Shown piece by piece: positions 1 through 10,130 of a stretch of DNA of 64,000 nucleotides (position 1 is its first letter; every line of letters starts with the position of its first letter). Source of the DNA: Candidatus Bathyarchaeota archaeon (GTDB lineage Archaea; Thermoproteota; Bathyarchaeia; Bathyarchaeales; Bathycorpusculaceae); assembly GCA_963828195.1 (NCBI GenBank), contig CAWHDT010000003.1, positions 288,001 to 352,000 of the forward strand. Direction: 5' to 3'. The notes below the pieces were generated by a model that made no database searches, was not told where the DNA came from, and was given only the letters and a program-made list of their open reading frames with translations. A program made the translations under genes and the position numbers.

Positions 1-128
1 TCTACTCTTTCTTCTATAAAATGGCTTACGAATTGGAACTTAAAATTAAGAATAGTTATGTGAAAGATAGATTTGTGATTAACAACAAATAAGAATAATA
101 TTATGCATTTACTGAGCAGGTGTCTGGT

Positions 129-578
129 ATGGAAAATATTCTAGTGGTGGACGACGACCAAAAAATGCAGGAAATGCTCTCTGAAATTTTGACTGACAAA
201 GGCTACTCCGTCACATGTGTCGCAACCGGCAAGAAAGCTGTTGCTGAAAGCTTCAAACAACTCTACAATTTAGCTTTCATAGATATACTTTTACCAGACA
301 TGAACGGAACAGAATTGATAAGTAAGCTTCGAAAAACAGAGCCTGGTATGATTAAGATAATCATAACTGGAAACGCCACCTTAGACAATTCTATTGAAGC
401 GACAAATCACGGAATAGACGGTTACATCGTGAAACCGTTTGATCCCAAGAAACTACTAAATCTAGTAGAGGTTAAGTTGAAAGAACAGCAGAAGAAAATA
501 CAATTCGACGAGAAAAAAGTAGCCGAATACATTGAGCTAAGACATGAATGGATGGCAAACGCTAACCTCAAAAAATAA
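129..578 (+). CDS. Response regulator (receiver domain with short C-terminal helix)
   Basis: ILVVDDD, DILLPDMNG phosphoacceptor, IITG, YIVKPFD motifs; ATG at 129 (ORF track starts at GTG 120). Confidence 0.9.
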   Translation: MENILVVDDDQKMQEMLSEILTDKGYSVTCVATGKKAVAESFKQLYNLAFIDILLPDMNGTELISKLRKTEPGMIKIIITGNATLDNSIEATNHGIDGYIVKPFDPKKLLNLVEVKLKEQQKKIQFDEKKVAEYIELRHEWMANANLKK

Positions 579-579
579 T

Positions 580-600
580 AGGAAAAATTTTGTTTTCCTA
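580..600 (+). terminator. Short hairpin after response regulator, followed by A/T tracts
   Basis: taggaaaa...ttttccta inverted repeat directly after the stop codon. Confidence 0.4.
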
Positions 601-846
601 ATAATTCAAGTTTAAAATAAAAAATTTATTTTTTATATTTCGGACGCCGCTTTGTCCCTAAATTATGTGTTGAAGTAAGTTGGTGATACTGCCTTTTCAT
701 ATCTGCCGATCCTCTCAGCGTGCGCGGGAAAAACTCACTCCAACAATGCCATGCCAGAATAGCGTAATGCTAGCGCGTTGCCTCCATTTTTTCTAGCGCT
801 GACTTGCGGTGGTCATTGCGCGATTACCGTGCTACAGTCAAGCTTC

Positions 847-1443
847 TCATTCTTTGTTGGATGAAGATAGGAAGTTTACGCCTATGGCTATCATCCAAAT
901 AAGTTGTGGATAAATTATCATTCTTTCCATACCGCCCACGCCAATTCCCAGGTAGCTTGGACGTGTACCAAAATAAAGCACGAGAGCGACAAGCGATGCA
1001 ACACCTAATATTACGGAAAAATACTTGAAAGGACCCCTGATTATTTTGTACGAGGCAATTGCGGCTATGCTCCAAAAGACAAAAACCATGAACGCGCCGA
1101 TGGTGTGAATGATTGGGGTTCCATGAACAATAAATGTGTTTTCAGGAAAAATACCCGCTAAAAGGTAGCCTAAACTTGCCAGAAAAATGGAAGCTGTGAT
1201 TGCCCGATTCTTGAATTCACGGTGAATAAAATATACGCTTATTAGAGCCAATAAGCTTAGCAAGATTGTCGATGGGTCCTCAATTATGGCAGAGGGTTTA
1301 CCCCATACGCCTAGGTCGCTTATGTAGTTCAAAGATGTGCTGTAATTTGGATAAACTGCTTGTGCGAGTAAAATTGCTATGGTATGCTGTGCAGCGGCAA
1401 CAAAAAGTAAGGCTCCAGCCAGTGTCTTGTTGCTATAATTCAT
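847..1443 (-). CDS. DUF998-family membrane protein
   Basis: YPNYS...NYISDLG, GIFPE, IHTIGA, GGMER motifs; about 5-6 TM segments. Confidence 0.8.
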   Translation of the reverse strand: MNYSNKTLAGALLFVAAAQHTIAILLAQAVYPNYSTSLNYISDLGVWGKPSAIIEDPSTILLSLLALISVYFIHREFKNRAITASIFLASLGYLLAGIFPENTFIVHGTPIIHTIGAFMVFVFWSIAAIASYKIIRGPFKYFSVILGVASLVALVLYFGTRPSYLGIGVGGMERMIIYPQLIWMIAIGVNFLSSSNKE

Positions 1444-1513
1444 AACGCGATGGTAAACTGCTTAATATTTAAACCTTGATAATGATTAAAAAGCGGCGCG
1501 CCATTGCCTGTCA

Positions 1514-1981
1514 TCAGTAACCTCGCCACTCATTTGGGTTTTGATATTTGGTGATGGGAGTTGCTTCTTTGGCGTCTTCAACACTCTTGATCATCTGGAC
1601 ATATTCGTTTGTCTTATCTGAGAGGATTTTTTTGAGCATCTCCAGCATTTCCGCTATATTCACAGGCTTCAATAAGTAGCCGTCGGCTTTCTCATTCACT
1701 GACTTCACAGCGTTTTCAATCGAGGGATGACCCGTAACAATTATCTTTACCATCTTGGGCTGAAGCTGCCTCAGTACTTTGAGGAGTTCAACACCTTTAA
1801 TGTCAGGTAACTCGATATCAATTAGGGCAATATCAAACGGTCCGTTTTTACATGCTTTAACAGCTGATTTACCGTTTTCTGCAGTTTCAACTAAATATCC
1901 TGCATCAGTCAAAACAGTAGAAAACAAGTTTCTTGTTCCTTCATCATCATCAATAACCAAAACATTAGATAACATAGACAT
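1514..1981 (-). CDS. Response regulator (receiver domain)
   Basis: VLVIDDD, DIELPD, IVTG, YLLKP motifs; paralogous to 129..578. Confidence 0.9.
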   Translation of the reverse strand: MSMLSNVLVIDDDEGTRNLFSTVLTDAGYLVETAENGKSAVKACKNGPFDIALIDIELPDIKGVELLKVLRQLQPKMVKIIVTGHPSIENAVKSVNEKADGYLLKPVNIAEMLEMLKKILSDKTNEYVQMIKSVEDAKEATPITKYQNPNEWRGY

Positions 1982-2329
1982 CGCCCCTACCTTTTCCAAT
2001 CATGTCTTACACACTGAAGATATGAATAATAAAAATTATGAAGCCTAAAACTGAATCCGCACACCATATTATCAATCAACTTCAATGTGCATTTCCCGAA
2101 AATTTTTCAGACCAGCCACAGCTACAGCAATGTTTGCCCGCTGACTGTTCGGCAAGTGAAGACAGCGCGCAAATCGCCGCCGCTTCAATCTAGTTCTTTT
2201 ACAAAGACCCTATTGATGCTAAAAAACAAAAAAGACAGATAACGAAATGGGGAACCCATTGACAGAAAACGGCTTTGTTAGAAAGCATTTATGAAAGTTA
2301 AGCGTTAAAAATACTTTGAAGGAACCCCG

Positions 2330-2908
2330 ATGTCAGAACAAATAAGAAGCTTCATCGCTTTTGACATGCAAAACGAGCAGGTGCTAAGCCGACTTGCTGA
2401 GGCACAGAAACTTCTGGTTGAATCAGGCGCAGACCTCAGACCGGTAGCGCCGCAAAACATCCATATAACCACCAGATTTTTGGGCGACATCAGCCCCGCC
2501 ATGGTTGACAAAGTTTTCGAGGCGATGAAAAACGTCAAGTTTACCCCTTTCAACATCAAACTCTGCGGACTTGGCGTTTTTCCCAGCCTCAGTTATCCCC
2601 GCGTCGTTTGGGCAGGAATGACCGACGGCGTGGACCAACTTAAAAGCATTTTCACTCAGCTGGAACCTCAGATTCGGGCTTTAGGGTTTGCGGCGGATGC
2701 ATACGGGTTCAGCCCCCACTTAACCATCGCGCGGGTAAGGTCTGGCAGAAACAAGGATGCCCTAGCTGAGTTGGTGACAAAAAAAGCTGATTACGAGTTT
2801 GGCATCATCAAAGCGGACTGCCTTCGGCTGAAAAGAAGCCAGTTGTCTCCTAAAGGTCCAACTTACTCAACGCTAAGAGAAGTCTGCCCGCCAATGGAGC
2901 AGAAATGA
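2330..2908 (+). CDS. thpR: RNA 2',3'-cyclic phosphodiesterase (2H family, 2'-5' RNA ligase)
   Basis: RSFIAF, HITTRF and PHLTIAR 2H motifs; adjacent to cca as is usual in archaea. Confidence 0.92.
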   Translation: MSEQIRSFIAFDMQNEQVLSRLAEAQKLLVESGADLRPVAPQNIHITTRFLGDISPAMVDKVFEAMKNVKFTPFNIKLCGLGVFPSLSYPRVVWAGMTDGVDQLKSIFTQLEPQIRALGFAADAYGFSPHLTIARVRSGRNKDALAELVTKKADYEFGIIKADCLRLKRSQLSPKGPTYSTLREVCPPMEQK

Positions 2909-4326
2909 TAGCTATGCAGGAAATTAGAGAGCAGGTTCTCCAGAAAATTACGCCCAGCAAAGAGGACCGCGAAAAAGTTGAGGCTATAACCCGCGAGCTG
3001 GAGAAGAAAGTATCGTTGGCTTGCAAACAAGAAGGCGTTTCCGCAATTGTGCGTGTTGAAGGCTCAGTTGCCAAAGACACTTGGCTTAGGGAAAACCCAG
3101 ACATCGACATTTTCATGCGGCTCCCAACCTCGATTCCGAGAAAAAACCTCGGCGACATCGGTTTAAAAATCGCCAAGAAAGCAGGCGGTGCATACGAGCA
3201 GGTTGAGCGTTTCGCTGAGCACCCTTACCTTGAAGTATTCGTTGAAGGCTACCGAGTGGACATTGTCCCATGTTACGACGCTAAGCCTGGCGAGTGGCAA
3301 AGCGCCACAGATAGAACACCCTATCACACAGACTACATCAAAAAACGCTTGAGCGTGGAGATGCTGGGGGAGGTTCGGCTGCTGAAGAGGTTCATGCAGG
3401 GTACAGGCGTTTATGGGGCTGAAATAAAGGTCGGCGGATTCAGCGGGTACCTCTGTGAACTGCTGATAATGAAGTACCGTTCCTTTGCCCAAACACTGCA
3501 GGCTTTTGCTCTGTACAATAAGCGTGTCGTAATAGACATCGAAAACTTCTATGCTGACAGACAAAACGAGCTTCCCCTGCTTTTCCCAGAATCGTTAGTG
3601 ATTGTTGACCCAGTGGATAGGGGGAGAAACGTTGCTTCAGCCGTGCAGCCTGAGAAGCTTTACGTTTTTGTAGGCGCCGCCAGAGCCTTCCTTGAAAGAC
3701 CCGATGCAGCCTTCTTTTACCCGCCAAAAACTCAAGCGCTGCCTGTTAAAAACTTAAAGAGCCAGCTTGAAAAGCGCGGTTCAGCCACTGTATTTCTGGC
3801 TATAGACCAAGTGAGCGCTGTTCCCGACGTGCTTTGGGGGCAACTATATAGAACAAAACGTTCGCTGCATAAACTATTAGAATTAGCCGATTACAAAGTC
3901 CTGCGGGACACCGTTTGGAGCAACGAAAAAAACCTCAGCATCTTCGTCTTTGAACTTGAAGGGCAATTTTTGCCAAACATCAAAAAACACCTCGGACCGC
4001 CTCTTGAACGAGAAGAAGAAAGCGAGAATTTCCTAGCTAAATACGCTGACAACCCCCAAGTATTAGCTGGACCCTACATCGAGGCTGGACGCTGGATCGT
4101 CGAGGTGCAACGCAAAAACACTGATTCAGTTGCACTTTTACGGGAAAAACTTGCAGGCGGAGGCAAAAACGCAGGCGTACCTGAACTGATTGCTAAATCA
4201 ATTCTTAAAAAACATAAAATTCTGGTTCACGACGAAATTGTCGGGTTGTACGTTGAGAACGACGATTTCGCCGTGTTCTTAACGGATTTTCTTGAGGGGA
4301 AACCGTTTTGGCTAAAAGCCAAATAA
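2905..4326 (+). CDS. cca: Archaeal class I CCA-adding enzyme
   Basis: GSVAKDTWL, DIDIF, AEHPY, DRTPYH, GGFSGYLCELL, DPVD..RNVA motifs. Confidence 0.96.
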   Translation: MIAMQEIREQVLQKITPSKEDREKVEAITRELEKKVSLACKQEGVSAIVRVEGSVAKDTWLRENPDIDIFMRLPTSIPRKNLGDIGLKIAKKAGGAYEQVERFAEHPYLEVFVEGYRVDIVPCYDAKPGEWQSATDRTPYHTDYIKKRLSVEMLGEVRLLKRFMQGTGVYGAEIKVGGFSGYLCELLIMKYRSFAQTLQAFALYNKRVVIDIENFYADRQNELPLLFPESLVIVDPVDRGRNVASAVQPEKLYVFVGAARAFLERPDAAFFYPPKTQALPVKNLKSQLEKRGSATVFLAIDQVSAVPDVLWGQLYRTKRSLHKLLELADYKVLRDTVWSNEKNLSIFVFELEGQFLPNIKKHLGPPLEREEESENFLAKYADNPQVLAGPYIEAGRWIVEVQRKNTDSVALLREKLAGGGKNAGVPELIAKSILKKHKILVHDEIVGLYVENDDFAVFLTDFLEGKPFWLKAK

Positions 4327-4424
4327 CCCATCTGTGACGACTGCACCTAATTACAGATGAAAAGCAGAAACTTGGCAACGGAGTTGCTGCGAAAGAAATA
4401 AGAATTACCAATACTAGTTGAAAT

Positions 4425-5201
4425 ATGGTAATTTTTATGGAAAATTATAAGCAGCAAGCAGTGGAATTATTTAAAAGTGGGGAAACTGGGGATAATGGAC
4501 CGCTTTCTCACATCAACCCAGATAAATTTGTTCAGCACAACCTTACATTGAAAGACGGCCTTCAAGGACTAATGGAGCGCAGGGCAATTAATCAAAAAAT
4601 CTCGTTTAAAGCCAATCCAGTACGTGCCTTCCAAGATGGAAATTTCGTATTATTGCACTCAGAATTCAACGTGCCAAACGTTTCTTTGATCGGCTTTGAC
4701 ATCTACCGATTTGAAGATGGAAAGATTGTGGAGCACTGGGATAACTTTCAGCCTAAAGCTGAGAAACCGAGTCCGAGCGGGCACACCATGACCGATGGAC
4801 CTACATTTGCCTGGGGGCTTGATAAGACGGAAGCGAATAAAGAGCTTATGCGAACTTACATGGATGACCTGCTTAATGACCGCAAAGAAAAGTTCGCAGG
4901 CTATTTTGACGGCGATAACTATATTCAACATAATCCTTTGGTTGCGGATAATCTAACGGGGCTGTTTGCTGGATTGCAGGCTTTAGCGGCAAAGGGGCTA
5001 GCTGTGAAGTACACCAAGGTCCACATGATTTTAGGAGAAGGAAACTTTGTACTCGTCGTTTCGGAGGGCAACTTCGGCGACAAGCCTTCAGCCTATTACG
5101 ACCTGTACAGAGTCAAAAATGGAAAAATCGCTGAACACTGGGACACCATTCAAGCAATACCTCCGCGTGAAGAATGGAAAAATTCAAACGGCAAGTTTTA
5201 A
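4425..5201 (+). CDS. Tandem SnoaL/NTF2-like domain protein
   Basis: Duplicated FVQHN/YIQHNP and KIVEHWD/KIAEHWD motifs. Confidence 0.85.
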   Translation: MVIFMENYKQQAVELFKSGETGDNGPLSHINPDKFVQHNLTLKDGLQGLMERRAINQKISFKANPVRAFQDGNFVLLHSEFNVPNVSLIGFDIYRFEDGKIVEHWDNFQPKAEKPSPSGHTMTDGPTFAWGLDKTEANKELMRTYMDDLLNDRKEKFAGYFDGDNYIQHNPLVADNLTGLFAGLQALAAKGLAVKYTKVHMILGEGNFVLVVSEGNFGDKPSAYYDLYRVKNGKIAEHWDTIQAIPPREEWKNSNGKF

Positions 5202-5254
5202 CGGGCATCTTTAACATTTTTACCGCATATAGGAATAGCGCCTTACCGAATTGT

Positions 5255-5677
5255 TCATTTCACTCTTTTCCATATCAGGACTCCGGTTTGCTGCTTACCG
5301 CCAAAAATCATCGGCGCCGTGGTCAGCATCAGTTTATCTTCTTCGAACTTGTAGAAGCGTTCCAGTTTTTCGCCTACCCAATTCGGAATTAAGCTCACTT
5401 CTACAAGATGTATCACCTTATCTTCAGTGACTTCATACTTACCGCAATATGAGATGTAGGCCCTTGCCGCGGCTATCATTTCTTCTGCTGGGATGCTCAT
5501 CGGGTCTGGAGACGAAAATCTTCGTCTCTTTGAAGCCATAATTGCTACTGCCATGAATCCATCACGGTTGTACATGATATAGCCTACGGGGTCATTTCCG
5601 AAGGGGTAGGTCACTTGGTCGCCTGACCGATTTTCGTAGGACACGAGCTTCCATGTTCCTATAAATTTTTCAGACAT
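5255..5677 (-). CDS. Lipocalin-like domain protein
   Basis: FIGTWKLVSY, GYIMY..DG, YISYCGKY, PNWVG, LIWKR. Confidence 0.85.
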   Translation of the reverse strand: MSEKFIGTWKLVSYENRSGDQVTYPFGNDPVGYIMYNRDGFMAVAIMASKRRRFSSPDPMSIPAEEMIAAARAYISYCGKYEVTEDKVIHLVEVSLIPNWVGEKLERFYKFEEDKLMLTTAPMIFGGKQQTGVLIWKRVK

Positions 5678-5915
5678 AAATCCCACTTGCTCAAAAGAAG
5701 CCCTTTCTTTCTGAAAAATCTTGTGTTGATATGCTTTTTACTTATTCACACTATTCCAGAGTTTTGTTAAGATTATGATGAAACAGCTAGATGGAAAAAT
5801 AGCAAAATTGCGACCTGAATTCTCTGTCAACTCCTAGTTCCTTCAGGAATCAATCTAAATCTTAGAACTAACATGTTATATTTTGAATGAATTAGGTGAT
5901 AATTGGAGCCTAGCC

Positions 5916-6518
5916 ATGTCAAATAATGATTATTGGGAAAGCGCTTATACAAGCGGGGAATACAAGCATTGGGAGTTCAGTTACCCCTCGCCTGAGCTTA
6001 TCGCCCTTGCAGCCGCCAACGTGCCAAAGAGAAATGCGCGGGTTCTCGACGTTGGATCGGGCGGTGGAACCGATGCGGTCTTTATGGCTCAACGCGGATT
6101 CAGAGTCACAGGTATAGATATCAGTGCAGTTGCGCTTAAAATCGCGGGGAAAAGAGCAAAAAAAGCTCGTGTTAAAGTGGATTGGCTCAGAGGGAGCGTT
6201 TTTGAGCTGCCGATTGCAGCTGAATCAGTAGATTTCTTGATTGACCGTGGTCTATTCCACCTCATAGAAGACGTTGATCGACCCAGATACGCCTCCGAAC
6301 TTTTTCGGGTATTAAAAAACGATGGGCAAGCCCTGATAAGAGGCGCCAGCGGCGAATCACCTCACGACCAATTCAACCCCGTAACCGAAGAAGCCATCGA
6401 CAGATACTTTTCCAAATCAAAATTCAAAAGAGGTCCAGTGCTGCCGATTCCGCTCTTCTCAGTTGAGGGCGCAATGGGTGCTAGGATTGTAATGCTCCAG
6501 AAAATGGGGAAAGCTTAA
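5916..6518 (+). CDS. Class I SAM-dependent methyltransferase
   Basis: VLDVGSGGG, VTGIDIS, DRGLFH motifs. Confidence 0.9.
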   Translation: MSNNDYWESAYTSGEYKHWEFSYPSPELIALAAANVPKRNARVLDVGSGGGTDAVFMAQRGFRVTGIDISAVALKIAGKRAKKARVKVDWLRGSVFELPIAAESVDFLIDRGLFHLIEDVDRPRYASELFRVLKNDGQALIRGASGESPHDQFNPVTEEAIDRYFSKSKFKRGPVLPIPLFSVEGAMGARIVMLQKMGKA

Positions 6519-6522
6519 CCAC

Positions 6523-7683
6523 TTATTGTGTTACTGAGTGGTACCAGCTGATTATGTATTCGGGCAGGTTCAGCCCTCTTTGTCCCAGGCGTTCAGCCAG
6601 CTTTACTGGGATTGGGCTAAGCACGTAGGCTGCTCGGGTGTAGAAGCGTCTTGGCGTTTGTGGCTTGGCTTCTTCGGGGAGTATGATTTTTAGGTCTGCT
6701 TTTTTTGCCAGAGTTGAGTCGGGAGAGGTTGTTATTGCAAATACTGTTCCAGCGAACTTTTTGATTACGTCAGCCCATATAATGACGGGTCTGGTTTCGC
6801 CCGAGTACGATAAGAGAATTTCAAGGTCGCCAGCTCTTGGATGCGGAGTATTAACGCCTCTAGTTATGTAGACGTTGTCGCCCAAGAAGCTTTTGATGTG
6901 GAAAAGTCTTACGCCCGTCATCTTCGCAATCTCGTTGCCAGTGCCTTTTCCGCCCAAAAACACGTTTGTTCGTTTTTCAAGCAAGTCAACAAGCCGCGTA
7001 TAAGTTTCAGAGCTAACGTTTGAATCTATCATTTCGCCGATTTTCTCGAATTCTTCAACGCAAAACCGAAAAACATCGTCAACCTCAAGGTTACGGAAAA
7101 CCGCCTCCACCATGCTGTTCATAAGCTCAAGAGTACCTAACTCGAAAATGTCGCCCATCATACCCGTTTCGCTGTACTCAGTTCCCGGCTTAGATTTCCC
7201 GCGCCCCTTAAGCTCAACCACGTTCCCGTACTTGCCAACTACATCAGCCAAAGGCGACTCAGTAGCGGAGGTGAAAAGCCCCATGGTGAACTTGTTTGAT
7301 TTTTTTTCTTCAATGTACTTGGCTAGGTCCTGAGCCATAACTAGCGGGTCGTCGGAGTAGCCGCTGCCTGAATTTATCAAAAGCAACGTTTTTTTGTAGC
7401 GCCTTCCAAGGTCGGCAGCCGCATCATACATGCTTTTGCCTGGGAAACCTGGGTCATCAGGAGTTAAAACCACCTTGTTTCTCCAACCTGCTTGGCTCAA
7501 CGCAATCTGGCTTAAAGCAGCATTTAAAGAGTAAAGAGATCTGCCTGATCCTCCGCAGATTACGCAGTCAGCCGCTTTCAATTCATCAAATAACGGGGAG
7601 AGTTCTTTTCGCTTGATGCTTAAAATGTTCTCTTGGATTTTGTTGACGTATCCGATGCTGCTGATTTTGCTTTTGATTCCAAC
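6523..7683 (-). CDS. Tandem SIS-domain sugar-phosphate isomerase-like protein (6-phospho-3-hexuloisomerase-like)
   Basis: GSGRS, INSGSG and LSYSGET SIS motifs in two halves; the frame stays open about 34 codons upstream of the ORF-track start (IGYVNKIQENILSI), so the true start is uncertain. Confidence 0.75.
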   Translation of the reverse strand, partial: VGIKSKISSIGYVNKIQENILSIKRKELSPLFDELKAADCVICGGSGRSLYSLNAALSQIALSQAGWRNKVVLTPDDPGFPGKSMYDAAADLGRRYKKTLLLINSGSGYSDDPLVMAQDLAKYIEEKKSNKFTMGLFTSATESPLADVVGKYGNVVELKGRGKSKPGTEYSETGMMGDIFELGTLELMNSMVEAVFRNLEVDDVFRFCVEEFEKIGEMIDSNVSSETYTRLVDLLEKRTNVFLGGKGTGNEIAKMTGVRLFHIKSFLGDNVYITRGVNTPHPRAGDLEILLSYSGETRPVIIWADVIKKFAGTVFAITTSPDSTLAKKADLKIILPEEAKPQTPRRFYTRAAYVLSPIPVKLAERLGQRGLNLPEYIISWYHSVTQ

Positions 7684-7820
7684 CGCACCTTCAGTGTCAA
7701 GATGATTTACTGAATCTCTATATTATCCTTGCGCTTGCCAGCAAGCAAAAACGCCAACGCTCAATCAACTCCGTTAACTGCTCCGGCACTTTTACACAGG
7801 TTCCTGCGAGGCTACGCTAA

Positions 7821-8504
7821 ATGTTTATATCAAAAGAAACCCTCACGCAAGAAGCCAGTGTGAAAAATATGCCCTCCCCAAGTGAAGCAGAAAAATACCA
7901 GTTTCTAGTAAAGCTTGCGTTGGATAACGGTGCCGCCGACGCCAAAATTATCTCAGCAGACAAAGTGGTTGTTGAAGACCGCGTGGTTCTTAAATGCAAA
8001 GTCGGCTGCAACCATTACGGCAAAACGTTGGCTTGTCCCCCCTACACCCCGTCAGCTGAAGAGTTTAGAAAAATAGTTCGCGAATACCGCTATGCCATGT
8101 TTATGAAGTTCAAGTCCAAAGCCCAAGCTGACCCCGAAGTGTATAAGCAGCTTTCAGTGGCCGAAACAGACCCCGCCGTCCCAAAGGAAATCAAGGAAAA
8201 AGCAGCGCAGTTTTGGGCAGACTGGAAAGACGACAAGAAAAAAATGCTCCAATCCGTCGTAGACTTGGAAAAAGCAGCCATGAGCAAAGGCTACTCCCTC
8301 GCCATATCGTTTGTTTCAGGAACCTGCCAGCTGTGCGAAAAATGCAATACAGAAACAAAAATTTGCGTCCACCCCAATCTGGCGCGCTGGTCAGAGGACG
8401 CCGTCGGAGTAAACGTGAGAAAAACCGCGGCAAACGCTGGAATCGAGGTTATCTTTCCGTTTGCGAAAAACCCCGAATCGTTCGCATTGCTCCTCATAGA
8501 TTAA
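7821..8504 (+). CDS. DUF2284-family Cys-rich metal-binding protein
   Basis: KCKVGCNHYGKTLACPPY, LEK, GTCQLCEKC, CVHP..AR.S..AVGVNV. Confidence 0.85.
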   Translation: MFISKETLTQEASVKNMPSPSEAEKYQFLVKLALDNGAADAKIISADKVVVEDRVVLKCKVGCNHYGKTLACPPYTPSAEEFRKIVREYRYAMFMKFKSKAQADPEVYKQLSVAETDPAVPKEIKEKAAQFWADWKDDKKKMLQSVVDLEKAAMSKGYSLAISFVSGTCQLCEKCNTETKICVHPNLARWSEDAVGVNVRKTAANAGIEVIFPFAKNPESFALLLID

Positions 8505-8517
8505 CCCCTCGTCATGG

Positions 8518-8553
8518 GGAAGAAACTAAAAAACGCCTTGCCCAGCCTTCATG
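8518..8553 (+). repeat. Partial copy (5' part) of a dispersed intergenic repeat
   Basis: 27/36 identical to 13695..13730 (ggaagaRacYaaaaaacgcc...gcYttcatg). Confidence 0.6.
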
Positions 8554-8715
8554 TGTGTCTGCGCGGGGGAAAATGTTGCTGAAGTAGGAGATCTTCACTT
8601 TGAAGGCTTCCATAAGGCCTTATTGCGATTCATGAGCCGACTGACTGCAGCAAACGCCGAAATTCCTAGTGAGCTAACAAACAATAAATGCTGATTACGT
8701 TAAACTACGCCGAGG

Positions 8716-9195
8716 CTATACTGCCGCTTTTGGGGTTTTTGGTTTTCTTGGTCGCCATGTTAAAGCACTATAGATCGTAAACGCTAAGAGAGCCACAAAC
8801 ACTGCTGCTTTGATGGCTGTGAAGTCTACGATGGCTGAGTAAAGGGCGAATGCTGCGGGGAATCCTCCGATGTATACTGAGAAAAATATTGCTGTGGGCA
8901 GTTTGTAGTTGTATTTGTAGTCTTTGAATATGCGTCTGCCAAAGTACAAGGCTGCCAAGCGCCCCATGCCATGAGTGCATTTTATGCAATTGTAGCATGG
9001 ACGTAGGCAACCCAGAATGTGAAGTACACCATAAACCAAGATAAGGGTTAGAATAAAAAACACAATACCTGCTACCAAATCATATAGCAGAAAAGCCACT
9101 GAATCAAGAACAATCCACAGGAAAAGCGCTAGGTTACCAAAGAGAACCAGATTTTCTGGGAAGAAAATTGGTCAACCGTTTTTTGGTTCCGTCAT
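8716..9195 (-). CDS. Cys-rich membrane protein with an in-frame TGA at codon 8
   Basis: ATG at 9195 after gagg: MTEPKNG*PIFFPENLVLFGNL..., in frame with ORF 8716..9099; CLRPCYNCIKC motif; about 4 TM. Confidence 0.65.
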
Positions 9196-9214
9196 GACAG
9201 CCTCTTCGCGCGCC

Positions 9215-9631
9215 TTACTCTTCTTTGCTTTCGAATTCAACTGTTACGGGCGTCGGATTCTTGAAGATTAAGAGTACCGGGCAGTTTGCTTCGGTTCGTC
9301 TCCATGCTGCTTCCACGAGTGCTTTCCGTGCTTTTGAAACTACGTTGACCTTCATAGTTAAGTTTGATACATTAGGACCGTCAGGAGCTTTGTCTGCTTC
9401 AACTGTTATCTCCACTTTGCTTGGTTGGATGTTACTCTTTTTGCAAACATCGGCGAAAATTGTGACTCCGCAATCTGCCAGAGCCATCATGCTGAGCTCA
9501 AGTGCTGATGGACCACTATCCGTTCCGCCGGCAGCAGTTCCCATATCGCAGACTACGCTGTGGGTTCGTTGGTTGTCCACTATTGTGCGAACATTTTCAA
9601 CCCAAGTCGCTTTAGCTTTGATTTTTGCCAT
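9215..9631 (-). CDS. OsmC-family protein
   Basis: GGTDSGPSALELSMMALADC and ANCPV motifs. Confidence 0.88.
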   Translation of the reverse strand: MAKIKAKATWVENVRTIVDNQRTHSVVCDMGTAAGGTDSGPSALELSMMALADCGVTIFADVCKKSNIQPSKVEITVEADKAPDGPNVSNLTMKVNVVSKARKALVEAAWRRTEANCPVLLIFKNPTPVTVEFESKEE

Positions 9632-9651
9632 TTGTTTCACCTCTTGTTTGG

Positions 9652-10038
9652 TTAATGCGAATGTTCATGGTGGTGCGCGTGTTCGCATCCACTGGCGAGT
9701 TCGGTAAGTTTGCCTGCTTTAAAGGAATCAATCGTTGCCTTGACCGTAGCGTCCTGTGCCTTGAGTACTGTTACCCCTGCATTTTGGAAGCTTTGTAATG
9801 CTCCTGGGCCCATTGCAAAGGCAACGATAACATCAGGCTTCAATGAAAGAATTGTTTCATGCGGGTGACCAGCTCCTCCGACATGTTCTCCTGTATTAGG
9901 CTCAGTTTTGACCGTTTGAATTTGACCCTTTTCGTCAATATCCACGATTGCAAAGTAGGGTGCTCTTCCGAAATGTTGCGCTACCGCAGCATTCAAATCT
10001 GCCTCATCTTCTACAGGTACAACCAATCTTTTCGTCAT
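9652..10038 (-). CDS. NifB/NifX-family (FeMo-cofactor biosynthesis-like) protein with His-rich tail
   Basis: HFGRAPYF, MGPGA, C-terminal CEHAHHHEHSH. Confidence 0.88.
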   Translation of the reverse strand: MTKRLVVPVEDEADLNAAVAQHFGRAPYFAIVDIDEKGQIQTVKTEPNTGEHVGGAGHPHETILSLKPDVIVAFAMGPGALQSFQNAGVTVLKAQDATVKATIDSFKAGKLTELASGCEHAHHHEHSH

Positions 10039-10130
10039 TTTTTTCAACCTTAATCAATTATCTGATAGAGTTTAATAGATAAATAATATTAATAACTATC
10101 GTTTATAAAATAAACTCGGTTGAGAGCACT

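Noticed and set aside
2134-2174. Imperfect hairpin in the intergenic region before thpR
   Set aside because: Single, interrupted stem with no repeat or family support.
8505-8715. SECIS-like hairpin downstream of the TGA-containing gene
   Set aside because: Only weak pairing around an atga; no convincing archaeal or eukaryote-type SECIS stem.
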